A stretch of 24,000 nt of DNA from PVC group bacterium. GTDB taxonomy: Bacteria > Verrucomicrobiota > Kiritimatiellia > SLAD01. A model generated the notes under the pieces. That model ran no database searches. It was not told the origin of the DNA and saw nothing but the letters and a program-made list of their open reading frames with translations. Positions 13,628 through 22,940 of this stretch are shown here, in pieces. The stretch spans positions 9,099 through 33,098 of the forward strand of contig PWVE01000210.1 in the NCBI GenBank assembly GCA_003562335.1. The letters run 5' to 3'. Position 1 is the stretch's first letter. Every line of letters starts with the position of its first letter. The position numbers and the translations under genes were made by a program.

Positions 13628-14770
13628 TCAATCCTCCGCCGGTTTGGGCGGTGAGAGCGGAAAGACTTCGGGGGCGTCGGGCAGGGTTTCGAGGTAGAGC
13701 GAGCGGCTGGGGAAGGCGAAGGCGGTGCCGGCGCCTTCGACGATTTCTTTTATGCGGTAGGCTAAACGTTCTTTGATTTCCAGCCAGTCGCCCCACACGA
13801 TGGTGTTGGTGAAGCAATACACCATGATGTCGATGGAACTGTTGTTGAAGGAATCGATCCGGACAAACGTCGGAACGTCCTGCGGACGGGCGAAGTCGGC
13901 ACTTTCCAGAATGTAGGCCTCAATCTGGTCGCGGATTACCCGTAATTGTTCCATGGTGGTGCGGTATTCCACGCCGATCATCCAAAGGATGCGGCGGTGC
14001 GACATGCGCGAAAAATTGGTGACGGCGTTATCGGCCAGCCGCGAGTTGGGGACATACACCGGCGCGCGATCAAAACGCCGCACGGTGGTGGTGCGGAAGC
14101 CGATGTCCATGACGGTTCCTTCCACGACGCCGTCCACATTGATCCAGTCGCCATCACTGAAGCGGCGTTCGCCAATCACAAATAGGCCGGCAATCAGGTT
14201 CTTAAACAAGTCCTGCGCACCGAGGGCCACCGCCACGCCGAATAAGCCGAGCCCGGCGATGATGGGACCCACCGCGATGCCCCACAATTCGAGGATCGTG
14301 GCGGCCCCCAGGATGACAAAGGCCACCCGCGCCAGTTTGATGAGCCATTCGACCATGGGCTTGGTCAGTACGCCTTTGGCCTTCAGCATGAAAACCCCCA
14401 CCGGGGTCGTGACTTTGAAAAAGGCCCAAAACAGAGTGAACGCAACCAGGGACCGATTAAGATTGTAAAAGAACTGCCGGGTACCGTCCTCCACATCCAG
14501 CACGCTGGTGGCGAAAAAGACGCCCATGACCACCGGCACAAACCGGATGGGTTCGTACAGGGCGTCGACGATCCGTTCGTCAATGTCGGTGGTTGTACGG
14601 GCCGCGCCCCGTTTCAGGGTGCCCAGCACAAAACGGGTGAAGAGATTGCGGAGCAGGAGGAACAGAAGCAGGACAAACAGGGCCAGCAGGATGTGGGCAA
14701 TATCGACGCCGTAAACCCCCTCGCGCCAGACGGTGACGACCAGTTCCCAAAAATCCGACCATGACGCCAT
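13628..14770 (-). CDS. Mechanosensitive ion channel, MscS family
   Basis: Several TM helices, then the MscS beta-domain signature LGAQDLFKNLIAGLFVIGERRFSDGDWINVDGVVEGTVMDIGFRTTTVRRFDRAPVYVPNSRLADNAVTNFSR. Start is set at ATG 14770 (MASWSDFWE...), with GAGGAG 7 nt upstream and 13 nt after the accA stop. The track start at 14869 would overlap accA. Confidence 0.85.
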   Translation of the reverse strand: MASWSDFWELVVTVWREGVYGVDIAHILLALFVLLLFLLLRNLFTRFVLGTLKRGAARTTTDIDERIVDALYEPIRFVPVVMGVFFATSVLDVEDGTRQFFYNLNRSLVAFTLFWAFFKVTTPVGVFMLKAKGVLTKPMVEWLIKLARVAFVILGAATILELWGIAVGPIIAGLGLFGVAVALGAQDLFKNLIAGLFVIGERRFSDGDWINVDGVVEGTVMDIGFRTTTVRRFDRAPVYVPNSRLADNAVTNFSRMSHRRILWMIGVEYRTTMEQLRVIRDQIEAYILESADFARPQDVPTFVRIDSFNNSSIDIMVYCFTNTIVWGDWLEIKERLAYRIKEIVEGAGTAFAFPSRSLYLETLPDAPEVFPLSPPKPAED

Positions 14771-14783
14771 AACGCTATGCTCC

Positions 14784-15815
14784 TCAGGTGGTGGCGGGTT
14801 CGGCGTCGGATTCTTCGTCCGCCGCTTCTTCCGCAGGCACGGGTGCTTCGACCGCCGGTTCGCGGGCAAATTCGCCCATGGCCCGGAATTTTTGATAGCG
14901 CTGTTCCAACAGGTCGGCCACAGGTAGTTGGCGGAGTTCCGCCAGGTGTTTCAGTAAAGATTCCTTGAGCAGGGCGGCCATGGCCTGCGGATCAGCGTGG
15001 GCACCGCCGTAGGGTTCGGGGACCACTTCGTCGGCTAGGCCGGCTTTCATCAGGTCGGGTGCGGTGAGCTTCAGGGCCTCGGCGGCCTTGTCGGCGTATG
15101 TCCGGTCTTTCCATAGGATTGCGGCACAGCCTTCGGGCGAAATAACCGAGTAGTAGGCATTTTGCAGGATCAGGATGCGGTCGCCGACCCCGATGCCGAG
15201 GGCACCGCCGCTGCCGCCTTCGCCGATGATGGTGACGATGATGGGCGTGGCCAGGGCGAACATCTCCCGCAGGTTGACGGCAATCGCCTCAGCGATATGG
15301 CGTTCTTCCGACTCAATGCCCGGGAAGGCACCGGGAGTATCGATCAGGGTAATGATAGGCACACGGAACTTGGCCGCCAGCTTCATCAGACGCAGCGCTT
15401 TGCGATAGCCTTCGGGATAGGCGCAACCGAAGTTGCACTCGAGATTACTTTTGGTGTCGCGGCCTTTTTGTGTGCCGATGATCATCACGGGTTGGCCATC
15501 CAGTTTGGCGAAGCCCCCGATGATGGCGCGGTCATCGCGATGAATGCGGTCGCCATGCAGTTCTTGGAAGTCGGTGGTGATTTGATTGATGTAATCGAGT
15601 GTATAGGGGCGCAACGGGTGACGGGCCACTTGCACCTTTTGCCAGGCGGTCAGGTCGCTGTAGACGCTGCGTTTGGTTTCCTCGATCTTGGCTTGCATGC
15701 GCTGGATTTCCAGCGAGACGTCGATCTCCTGGTTTTCGCTGAAGGAGCGGAGCTCTTTCAGTTTGCTTTCCAGTTCAAGAATCGGTTTTTCAAAGGGTAG
15801 GGTATAGGTAGCCAC
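14784..15815 (-). CDS. accA: Acetyl-CoA carboxylase carboxyltransferase subunit alpha
   Basis: [26 protein letters not shown]...[63 protein letters not shown]. It carries a short acidic, proline-rich C-terminal tail. Confidence 0.9.
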   Translation of the reverse strand: MATYTLPFEKPILELESKLKELRSFSENQEIDVSLEIQRMQAKIEETKRSVYSDLTAWQKVQVARHPLRPYTLDYINQITTDFQELHGDRIHRDDRAIIGGFAKLDGQPVMIIGTQKGRDTKSNLECNFGCAYPEGYRKALRLMKLAAKFRVPIITLIDTPGAFPGIESEERHIAEAIAVNLREMFALATPIIVTIIGEGGSGGALGIGVGDRILILQNAYYSVISPEGCAAILWKDRTYADKAAEALKLTAPDLMKAGLADEVVPEPYGGAHADPQAMAALLKESLLKHLAELRQLPVADLLEQRYQKFRAMGEFAREPAVEAPVPAEEAADEESDAEPATT

Positions 15816-15840
15816 CTGCCATCTCCTCCTGCGCTTTCAT

Positions 15841-16782
15841 TTATTCGGTAATGGTTACGGGTACGCCGACCGGCACCAACGTATACAGTTCCTCGATATC
15901 TTCGTTCAGGAGCCGGACACAACCGGCACTGGACTGATAGCCGATCGATTCCGGTTCCCACGTGCCGTGCAGTCCGTAACCGGGCACATCGATGGAAAGC
16001 CAGTGCGTGCCCAGCACGTTATTGGTGGTGCCGTAGGGGATGGCCCGGCCATCCTGCCGCCACCAAGTGGGCTGGGCAATCCGCTCCGTGATCTTGAAAT
16101 CGCCCTCGGGGGTCCGCTCGTATTCGCCGGTGCCCACGCGGTAGCGCTTGAAGAAGCGGTCGTTGATTTTGAGTACAAGGTCATTGCGCGATTTGCTCAC
16201 CTCCATGGAAAAGTCGGCTTGCAGGATGCGTAAGCGATCGCCCACGCGGATCATGGGGCCGGTCAACCGGTTCCCACGCTTGATGAGCTCCACGGTGGTG
16301 CCGAAACGGCGGGCCAGGCCGCCGAGGGTGTCGCCGCTTTGAATGGTGTAGTCCACCTTCTCCGGCATGGGGCGCGGGGTCATGACCAGCTCGATGTGGA
16401 CTTCGCCCAGCAGTTGCTCGGCGGCTTCAATGGCATCCGGGTCATTTGATTCGTCCAGAATCTGCCAACCCAGCTCGCGGGCGCGCAGGTATTGCTCGGC
16501 GGACTGGGCTGCGCGGGCTTCTTCCAGCCATTCCCGGCCACGATCATCGGCGGCGGGTGCCGGGCGCTCGCGTCCGGTGCGGCGGGGTGGGGCGGCATCG
16601 TCGGTTTCGGTGACGGCCGGGACCGCGTCGGGACGAACGTCCGGCGGTGCATCGTCGCCCCGGCGACGCCACCAGAGGGGGAGCGCGATCAGCAGGGCGA
16701 CCACCAAAACGCCTAACAGGACCAGGCAACCGGTCCGTGACCGGCGCCGATCTAAATCGTTCAAATACATTTCCTTCATCAT
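15841..16782 (-). CDS. Membrane-anchored LysM-domain L,D-transpeptidase (YkuD family)
   Basis: TM helix CLVLLGVLVVALLIALPLWW. LysM domain YTIQSGDTLGGLARRFGTTVELIKRGNRLTGPMIRVGDRLRIL. YkuD catalytic region GLHGT......SAGCVRL. ATG 16782 overlaps the upstream kinase-like stop (ATGA). Confidence 0.85.
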   Translation of the reverse strand: MMKEMYLNDLDRRRSRTGCLVLLGVLVVALLIALPLWWRRRGDDAPPDVRPDAVPAVTETDDAAPPRRTGRERPAPAADDRGREWLEEARAAQSAEQYLRARELGWQILDESNDPDAIEAAEQLLGEVHIELVMTPRPMPEKVDYTIQSGDTLGGLARRFGTTVELIKRGNRLTGPMIRVGDRLRILQADFSMEVSKSRNDLVLKINDRFFKRYRVGTGEYERTPEGDFKITERIAQPTWWRQDGRAIPYGTTNNVLGTHWLSIDVPGYGLHGTWEPESIGYQSSAGCVRLLNEDIEELYTLVPVGVPVTITE

Positions 16783-17582
16783 ATTGCGAGATCCTTTAGC
16801 ACTAAGCTCATGGAAGGGTAGCGCGCATTGGGGTCTTTCGCAAGGCATTTGGCGAGCAGCGCTTCGATTTGGCGCGGGATTTGCGGGTTATATTCCGCCG
16901 CTGCCGTCGGTTGCGTGGTCGCGTGGCATTGAGCGGCCAAGGTGGCGTCACGGGTGTCGCGGTCAAACGGTTTATGGCCGGTATATATTTCGTAGGCCAC
17001 CACCCCGAAACTGAATATGTCCGCGCGCCCATCCACTTTATGGGAGAGTAGCCATTCCGGGGCGACATAGGCGGGGGTGCCGGGATGCGCGTTGACGCCA
17101 ACGGGATTGGCTGTTTTTTTTACGCACGAGTCGAAGTCAATCAACGTGGCGTGGGCGTCGTCGGCGACCAGGATGTTTTCGGGCTTGAAGTCGAGATGCC
17201 AGTAGCCGGCTTGGTGCAGGTAATACAGGGCGGCCGCCAGTTGCTGCAGCAAAAACAAAGGTTGGGCGGTCAGTAGCGGGTCCCGTTGCGTCAAGCGTGT
17301 GCGTAGATTGGGCGCATCGATATAGGGCAGCGCCATGTATGGGGTGCCCTTATGCACCCCGGACTCGATTAAGGAGATTAAATTAGGATGATCCAGTTTT
17401 TTCAATATGGCGGCACTTTGCAGGAATCGCTTGCGCGCAGTACGTTGTCGGGCATATACTTCCTTGAGAAATCGCAGCACTACGCGCGGCCCGTGTGCGG
17501 TGCGGGCCACATACAAATCGGTCGTCCCGCCCAAAAAAATGGGGCGGACGATGGTATAACCCGGGATGTGACGGTTTGGCAT
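16779..17582 (-). CDS. Ser/Thr protein kinase-like protein (kinase domain only, degenerate ATP-binding N-lobe)
   Basis: C-lobe motifs are present: HLDFKPENILV (catalytic loop), IDFDS (DFG position), GTPAYVAPE, DIFSFGVVAYEIYTG, DPNARY. N-lobe motifs are degenerate; see findings. Confidence 0.8.
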   Translation of the reverse strand: MPNRHIPGYTIVRPIFLGGTTDLYVARTAHGPRVVLRFLKEVYARQRTARKRFLQSAAILKKLDHPNLISLIESGVHKGTPYMALPYIDAPNLRTRLTQRDPLLTAQPLFLLQQLAAALYYLHQAGYWHLDFKPENILVADDAHATLIDFDSCVKKTANPVGVNAHPGTPAYVAPEWLLSHKVDGRADIFSFGVVAYEIYTGHKPFDRDTRDATLAAQCHATTQPTAAAEYNPQIPRQIEALLAKCLAKDPNARYPSMSLVLKDLAI

Positions 17583-17638
17583 GTGGCCAGCTTAGCGAAG
17601 GCCAGCCAAAGATAAAACCAATTTTTAAGGAGACCCCC

Positions 17639-18472
17639 ATGGGGTATCGACCTCGATTTACCAGAGAATACAGCCTGTTTGCAGAGCCGCTCACGCCGGC
17701 GGTGCGGGTGTTGTTGATCGCCAATGTGCTGGTGTTTGTTTTGCGTGTGCTGGTGCACGGCCAGGTGCCCGGCGTGTTCGACTACTTGTTCGGGTTGAGC
17801 GCGGAGTGGTACCGCAACGGAATGGTTTGGCAACTCGGGACCTATATGTTCCTGCATGCGGGCTTTATCCACCTGCTGTTCAACATGCTGATCCTCTATT
17901 TCTTGGGGACCGAAATTGAGCGTACCCTGGGCGGGCGAAATTTCCTGATCATCTACTGGGTGGCCGGTGTGCTGGGCGGGCTTGGTTGGTCGCTGCTGAC
18001 GGAGGTGGGCGTATGCATCGGGGCGTCCGGGGCGGTGCTGGGTTTGTTGGGCGCCTACGTGGCGCTCTTTCCGCAGCGCCAAATCACGGTCCTGATCTTT
18101 TTCATTATCCCGGTCACGATGCGGGCTTGGGTGCTGGCGGTGATTCTGGGCGGCATTGATTTTCTGTTGATGGCGACGCATATCAGTAGTCCCATCGCGC
18201 ATGCCGCGCATTTGGCCGGGCTGGTGGCCGGCTATTCTTTTGTGTTCGTGGTGTTTAAAAAGCGGCGCTGGCGTATCCGGTTCCGTTCGGGCCGTCGCGC
18301 CCGTGGGCTGAAGGTCTTGCGGAACGACGACGGGGTGCCGGCGCACGAAGATGAAATTGATCGCATACTGGACAAGATTGCGCTGAAAGGAATGAGTAGC
18401 TTGACCCGTCAGGAAAGAGAAACCTTAGCCGCCGCCAGCGCGGCGCGACGTTCGCCCGATGTGCGGACGTAA
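17639..18472 (+). CDS. Rhomboid family intramembrane serine protease
   Basis: WQLGTYMFLHAGFIHLLFNMLILYFLG..IE, catalytic GASGAVLGLLGAY and HAAHLAGLVAGY. The soluble C-terminal tail contains DEIDRILDKIALKGMSSLTRQERETL. ATG 17639 has AAGGAG 6 nt upstream; the track start at 17495 is an upstream extension. Confidence 0.85.
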   Translation: MGYRPRFTREYSLFAEPLTPAVRVLLIANVLVFVLRVLVHGQVPGVFDYLFGLSAEWYRNGMVWQLGTYMFLHAGFIHLLFNMLILYFLGTEIERTLGGRNFLIIYWVAGVLGGLGWSLLTEVGVCIGASGAVLGLLGAYVALFPQRQITVLIFFIIPVTMRAWVLAVILGGIDFLLMATHISSPIAHAAHLAGLVAGYSFVFVVFKKRRWRIRFRSGRRARGLKVLRNDDGVPAHEDEIDRILDKIALKGMSSLTRQERETLAAASAARRSPDVRT

Positions 18473-18480
18473 GGCGTGCT

Positions 18481-21054
18481 ATGCGTAATCAATGGCGACA
18501 GAAAAGAGTGAAACGCGAAGGGGTCACGTACCGCCGCTGGGCGTTGTATGGTGGGCTCATAAGTGTCCTATGGCTGACCGGCCCGGAGGGCATAGCTGAT
18601 CAAACCCGGCGCGAACGCGCTTGGGCCCGTGACGTGGCGGCAGGCGCGGCGGCGTATGCCGACGGGTTGCACGCATCCGCACAGGGGTTTTTCGAGAAGG
18701 CGCTACACCGCGCCCAGACGCCGGCAGAACGGCGCGAGTCGGTCTTGTGGCTGGCGCGCGCCCAATACCGGCAAGGCACGTATAGGGCGGTCCTCGACCT
18801 GATGGCGGAGGAATGGGCAGCGGACGAGCAGTCGGAAATGGAGTCGATCTATCGCTACTGGCGCGCTCGCGCACACTACGCGCTGGAAGAATATACGGCT
18901 GTGCTGGAGGAGCTGGACAAGGTCGATCGCTCCATGCTCCCGCGCCAGGAGGCCGGGCAACACCTGCGTATGGCCGGACGAGCGCACGCAGCGCTCGGGC
19001 AATATGACGAGGCGTTGGCGTATTATAGTCGTTTTACGGAAGAGTATGGGGATTGGCCGGAAGCCACGGCCGCAAATCGGGTGGATGCGGCAGCGGCCCT
19101 CTTCGCGCAGGGCCGGAGCGAGCGCGCGTTGGCCAAGCTGCGGCAAGTGGTGGCCGATGATCCGGAGACCCGGGCCGCGCAAACGGCGCGGCTGTGGTTG
19201 GGCACGGCGGCTGAGGAACGCGGCGATTTCGAGGCGGCCCGTGATTACTTGACGACCCTGATCGCACGCGAGCCGACTCGCTCCGACTGGGCCGCTGAAG
19301 CGGGGTACGTGCTGGCACGGGTGGAAGCTGAAACGGGTGACCCTGCCACCGTGGTTCAAGTGTTGGCTGCGGCGACGGCCCAGGCGCGCACAGCGGAGGT
19401 GCGTCATCGGGGACGCCTGTTGCTGGCCCGCGCACATTTTCAGGTCAACGAATGGACCGCAGGCATCGCGCTCTTGCGCGGGCTGGTGGAGGATATTCCC
19501 GACGATCCGTTGGCGGCGCAAGCGCAGTTGGAGTTGGCGGAAGCCTGGTTGGATCAAGAAGAATACGCGACGGCACGGGAAGCGTATCAGGATTATCTGG
19601 AGGCCTTCGAGGATCCGGTTGGCCGCGCCAATGCGTGGTTGGGGCAGGCCTGGAGCCTGTTGGGGTTGCGTCGGCCGGTCGAAGCCGCCCAGGCCTTTAA
19701 GGAGGCGTATGAGCTGCACCCGGACGTGATGGAACGCCAGCAGGCCTTGTTTAAAATGGGCGACGCTTTTTTTGCGGCGGGAAATTATGGGCGCGCGCGT
19801 GAGGAATATTTGCTCATCACCCAAGCCTTTCCGGGGAGCACGTTGATTCCTCGTGCCCTGTTTCAGGCGGCTGAATGCCTGGCCCGTGACGGGCAGGAAC
19901 CGGAGGCCCTTGATGAGTTTCGCGCCTTGGAAGACGCGTTTCCGGCCAGTCGCTATGCCGAACAAGCCGCCATGCGTATTGGCGGTTTACATGAAATCCG
20001 CGGGGAATGGGAGCGTGCCATTCAGGCGTACACGCGCGCGATGAGAGTCTATCCGGAAGGACCGCAAAAGGGTGAAGCCCTGCTGCGGCGAGGGTTGGTC
20101 CGCTATCGCTTGGGCTTGTTTGAAGAGGCGCTGACGGATTTTGAACGGGTGGTGGACGCCTTTCCGGACAGCATCAGCTTGGAGCAGGCGTATTACATGC
20201 GGGGCTGGTGCCTGTACCTGCTGGGACATGGTCCACGCGCCTTGGAGGTGGCGGAGAACTTTATCGCGCGTTACCCGGATTCGCAGTGGCGGCCCACCGT
20301 ACTGTTTTGGGTGGCGTCCTACCATTATAATCTCGGACAGTTTGCGGAGGCGGAAGAACAATTTGCGGCCATCGCCGAAGCGGGGGTGCAAGCGGACGAG
20401 GCGCTTTACTGGGCGGGCCGGTCGGCCATGGAGCAGGAGGCATACCTGCGCGCGATGGATTACTTCAATACCTTGGCAGCCGATTTTCCCGACAGCCCTA
20501 AAATGGCGGCTACCCGTTTTGCTCAAGGCGACGCCCTCACCCAGTTGGGCGAGTATGCCAGTGCCATTCTGGCCTTCGATGAAATTATTCGGCGGCACAG
20601 CGATCCCGACATGGTGTATCGCGCCTGGGGCCGCAAAGGCGACTGCCACTTTACGTTGGGCCAGGAAAATCCTGCGCGGTTCCACGAGGCGAAGCAAGCG
20701 TTTCTAACCATTGTGGAAAGCGAGGATGCCCCGCCGCTACTGCGCTTACAGGCCGAGTTCAAGCTGGGCCGGTGTTGGGCACAATTGAATGAACCAGCGG
20801 AGGCCTTGGAACGCTACCTACGCGTCGTCTATGATTATGTGCAGGATACCCGTGTGCGCGGGGCGGAAGAGGCCGTGTGGTTTACACGCGCGGCATTTGC
20901 CGCCGCCAGCATTAAAGAGGCGGCCGGTGCGCTGGAAGCGGCGATACGCATTCTCCAACGCGTAGTGGACGCCGATGTGCAGGCGGCACCGGATGCGCAA
21001 GTGCGTATTGAGCGAATTCGCGAGGAAAAAGGGGAGACCAAAGATCATGCTTGA
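18481..21054 (+). CDS. Large TPR-repeat protein with an N-terminal anchor/signal and repeated YbgF(CpoB)/BamD-like TPR units
   Basis: 857 aa. Hydrophobic N-terminus WALYGGLISVLWL. Many units of the form A.f..g......g.y..A...f..v...FP.S..a..A (e.g. ITQAFPGSTLIPRALFQAAEC, LEDAFPASRYAEQAAMRIG, VVDAFPDSISLEQAYYMRG, LAADFPDSPKMAATRFAQG). Confidence 0.8.
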   Translation: MRNQWRQKRVKREGVTYRRWALYGGLISVLWLTGPEGIADQTRRERAWARDVAAGAAAYADGLHASAQGFFEKALHRAQTPAERRESVLWLARAQYRQGTYRAVLDLMAEEWAADEQSEMESIYRYWRARAHYALEEYTAVLEELDKVDRSMLPRQEAGQHLRMAGRAHAALGQYDEALAYYSRFTEEYGDWPEATAANRVDAAAALFAQGRSERALAKLRQVVADDPETRAAQTARLWLGTAAEERGDFEAARDYLTTLIAREPTRSDWAAEAGYVLARVEAETGDPATVVQVLAAATAQARTAEVRHRGRLLLARAHFQVNEWTAGIALLRGLVEDIPDDPLAAQAQLELAEAWLDQEEYATAREAYQDYLEAFEDPVGRANAWLGQAWSLLGLRRPVEAAQAFKEAYELHPDVMERQQALFKMGDAFFAAGNYGRAREEYLLITQAFPGSTLIPRALFQAAECLARDGQEPEALDEFRALEDAFPASRYAEQAAMRIGGLHEIRGEWERAIQAYTRAMRVYPEGPQKGEALLRRGLVRYRLGLFEEALTDFERVVDAFPDSISLEQAYYMRGWCLYLLGHGPRALEVAENFIARYPDSQWRPTVLFWVASYHYNLGQFAEAEEQFAAIAEAGVQADEALYWAGRSAMEQEAYLRAMDYFNTLAADFPDSPKMAATRFAQGDALTQLGEYASAILAFDEIIRRHSDPDMVYRAWGRKGDCHFTLGQENPARFHEAKQAFLTIVESEDAPPLLRLQAEFKLGRCWAQLNEPAEALERYLRVVYDYVQDTRVRGAEEAVWFTRAAFAAASIKEAAGALEAAIRILQRVVDADVQAAPDAQVRIERIREEKGETKDHA

Positions 21055-21679
21055 TTTAATGGCACAAGGCGGATGGGTAATGTGGGTGATCCTGGGAGCG
21101 AGTGTGATCGCCGTCATGATTTTTTTCGAGCGACTGTTTCATTACCACCGCGCCCATATTAATGCCCAGGATTTTTTGGACGGTATTTTTAATGTGTTAC
21201 GACGGCACAATGTAGTGGAAGCCGTTAGTCTCTGCGAGGATACACCAGGACCAGTGGCCTATTTGACGCGGGCCGCGATCCTGCAAGGCGCGGCTACTCC
21301 GGCGGAGATTCAGCAGGCGCTGGAAAGTGCCGGCCTGAGCGAAATCCCACGGCTTGAACGGAACCTGAACCTGTTAGCCACGATCGCCCAGATCACGCCG
21401 CTGCTGGGCCTACTGGGTACCATAGTGGGCCTCATCCAGGCGCTGGAACAAGTACAGCACCAAGCCCCGCTGATTCAGACGGGCGACTGGGTGGGCGGCT
21501 TGTGGCAGGCATTGATTACCACCGCCGCCGGACTGGCGGTGGCCATTCCGGCCTACGCCGGCTATAATTTTCTCCTGCAACGGTTGGAAACGATTTTGTT
21601 GGATATGGAGCAGGCGTCGGTGGATGTGTTGCGGTTCCTTTCCAAGCCGGCCTTGCCGGTGGAGGTGGAGCCTTCATGA
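21047..21679 (+). CDS. MotA/TolQ/ExbB proton-channel family protein
   Basis: MLDLMAQGGWVMWVILGASVIAVMIFFER plus the C-terminal IAQITPLLGLLGTIVGLI and ALITTAAGLAVAIPAY signatures. ATG 21047 overlaps the TPR gene end by 8 nt. Confidence 0.85.
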   Translation: MLDLMAQGGWVMWVILGASVIAVMIFFERLFHYHRAHINAQDFLDGIFNVLRRHNVVEAVSLCEDTPGPVAYLTRAAILQGAATPAEIQQALESAGLSEIPRLERNLNLLATIAQITPLLGLLGTIVGLIQALEQVQHQAPLIQTGDWVGGLWQALITTAAGLAVAIPAYAGYNFLLQRLETILLDMEQASVDVLRFLSKPALPVEVEPS

Positions 21680-22152
21680 AATCCCCGGCACAGACCCGGT
21701 CACCGGGGCCCGTGGCGTTCCTGCATCGGCGATACAAGCACCGGTTACGGGTTTGTCGCGGTGTGATGAGCGGGGTGCCGCTGCTGGATGTGTTGCTGGT
21801 GGTCGGGGCTTTTGTGGTGCTGAATAATTGGGTAACCGTGCGGCCCGCTATACCGCTGGAATTGCCTGTCATGGATACAGTGGCGGGTTTGCCGACGGGG
21901 TATGTCATGATCACGGTAACCCGCGATCAATGGGTGTTTGTTGACGATCAACGGCTGTCGCTGGACCAGCTGAGCGGCCCGTTGACCACAGCGCAACAAC
22001 GGGCACCGGGCCGCGACCTGCTGATCCAGGCCGATCGCCGGGTGACGCAGGAAACATTGGTGCAGCTCTATGGGCTCGCGCAAGAGGCCGGCTTTACGTC
22101 TGTTTGGTTGGCGACCACCCCCGGCGATGGAAACCGGGAGGCCCTGCCGTGA
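21676..22152 (+). CDS. ExbD/TolR family biopolymer transport protein
   Basis: GVPLLDVLLVVGAFVVL TM segment, followed by a periplasmic domain (LLIQADRRVTQETLVQLYGLAQEAGFTSVWLAT). The start ATG overlaps the upstream stop (ATGA at 21676-21679). Confidence 0.8.
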   Translation: MKSPAQTRSPGPVAFLHRRYKHRLRVCRGVMSGVPLLDVLLVVGAFVVLNNWVTVRPAIPLELPVMDTVAGLPTGYVMITVTRDQWVFVDDQRLSLDQLSGPLTTAQQRAPGRDLLIQADRRVTQETLVQLYGLAQEAGFTSVWLATTPGDGNREALP

Positions 22153-22940
22153 AGTCCCTGTCGCCGGCCCGTCGCGAGCATCCCGGTCCCTGGATAGCGG
22201 CGCTGGGTATGACGTTGCTGATTCACGGTTTTTGGTTCGGGATGCTGGAATACCAATGGGCGCCGCCCATCGCGCAGCATAAATCGGCACCCACGCTGCT
22301 GTGGGTGGATCTCCGTGAGCCGGAACGATATGCCGACTGGCGTGCCGCAACAGCCTGGCAGGCCCCGAACCTGTTCGCGCTGCCGCATGTGTATGGATTC
22401 AGCAGGCACCGCCTGCAAGACCGTGTCTCCATGCGCCCGCCGGTCGACCAGCCGTCACCAGGGGACCTCACGCTTTCGTGGTCCGCGGCGCAAGCTATGG
22501 CCCAGGCGGCGGCTATAGACGAACCCACGGTTGATGCCCTTGCATGGCGCATCGCCGAAACGTCCTTGCCTTTGCCTGATGAGCCCGCACCCACCACGGC
22601 GTCGGCACCGGCACCGCTGCTGCCGTCAGCAGTCGTTGCGCCCCGGATTCGTGCTATCCAAACACCGGAGCCGCGGCCCATCGAGCAGTTGCACTGGCCG
22701 GAAGGTGCGGCGTATTGGGGTACCACGGCGTGGACGGCCGAGGTGGTATTGCGTATCGACGAGCAGGGCGTGGTCACCGAGGCACTGTTGGACCGGCGCA
22801 CGCCGGATTCCGAGATTAACGCGCGGTTGCTGAACGCGGTGTATGGTTGGCGTTGGGCCGTCGGCGATCAGTCGGCCAGGGTGCGTGTTTCCATTAGTTA
22901 TGCGGGTGCGCCATTGCCGGTGACGGAGGACGCACCATGA
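22149..22940 (+). CDS. TonB/TolA-like energy-transducer protein
   Basis: N-terminal TM WIAALGMTLLIHGFWFGML, a proline-rich linker (PLPDEPAPTTASAPAPLLP) and a TonB_C-like end (AEVVLRIDEQGVVTEALLDRRTPDSEINARLLNAVYGWRW). GTG 22149 overlaps the ExbD stop (GTGA); the track start ATG 22104 is an alternative. Confidence 0.6.
   Translation: MKSLSPARREHPGPWIAALGMTLLIHGFWFGMLEYQWAPPIAQHKSAPTLLWVDLREPERYADWRAATAWQAPNLFALPHVYGFSRHRLQDRVSMRPPVDQPSPGDLTLSWSAAQAMAQAAAIDEPTVDALAWRIAETSLPLPDEPAPTTASAPAPLLPSAVVAPRIRAIQTPEPRPIEQLHWPEGAAYWGTTAWTAEVVLRIDEQGVVTEALLDRRTPDSEINARLLNAVYGWRWAVGDQSARVRVSISYAGAPLPVTEDAP

Noticed and set aside
17114-17121. T8 (A8 on the coding strand) homopolymer inside the kinase-like gene, and A7 at the antitoxin start (752-758), as possible slippage or phase-variation sites.
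   Set aside because: They simply encode Lys-Lys. The frame is intact, and there is no independent sign of phase variation. Tracts of this length occur by chance.
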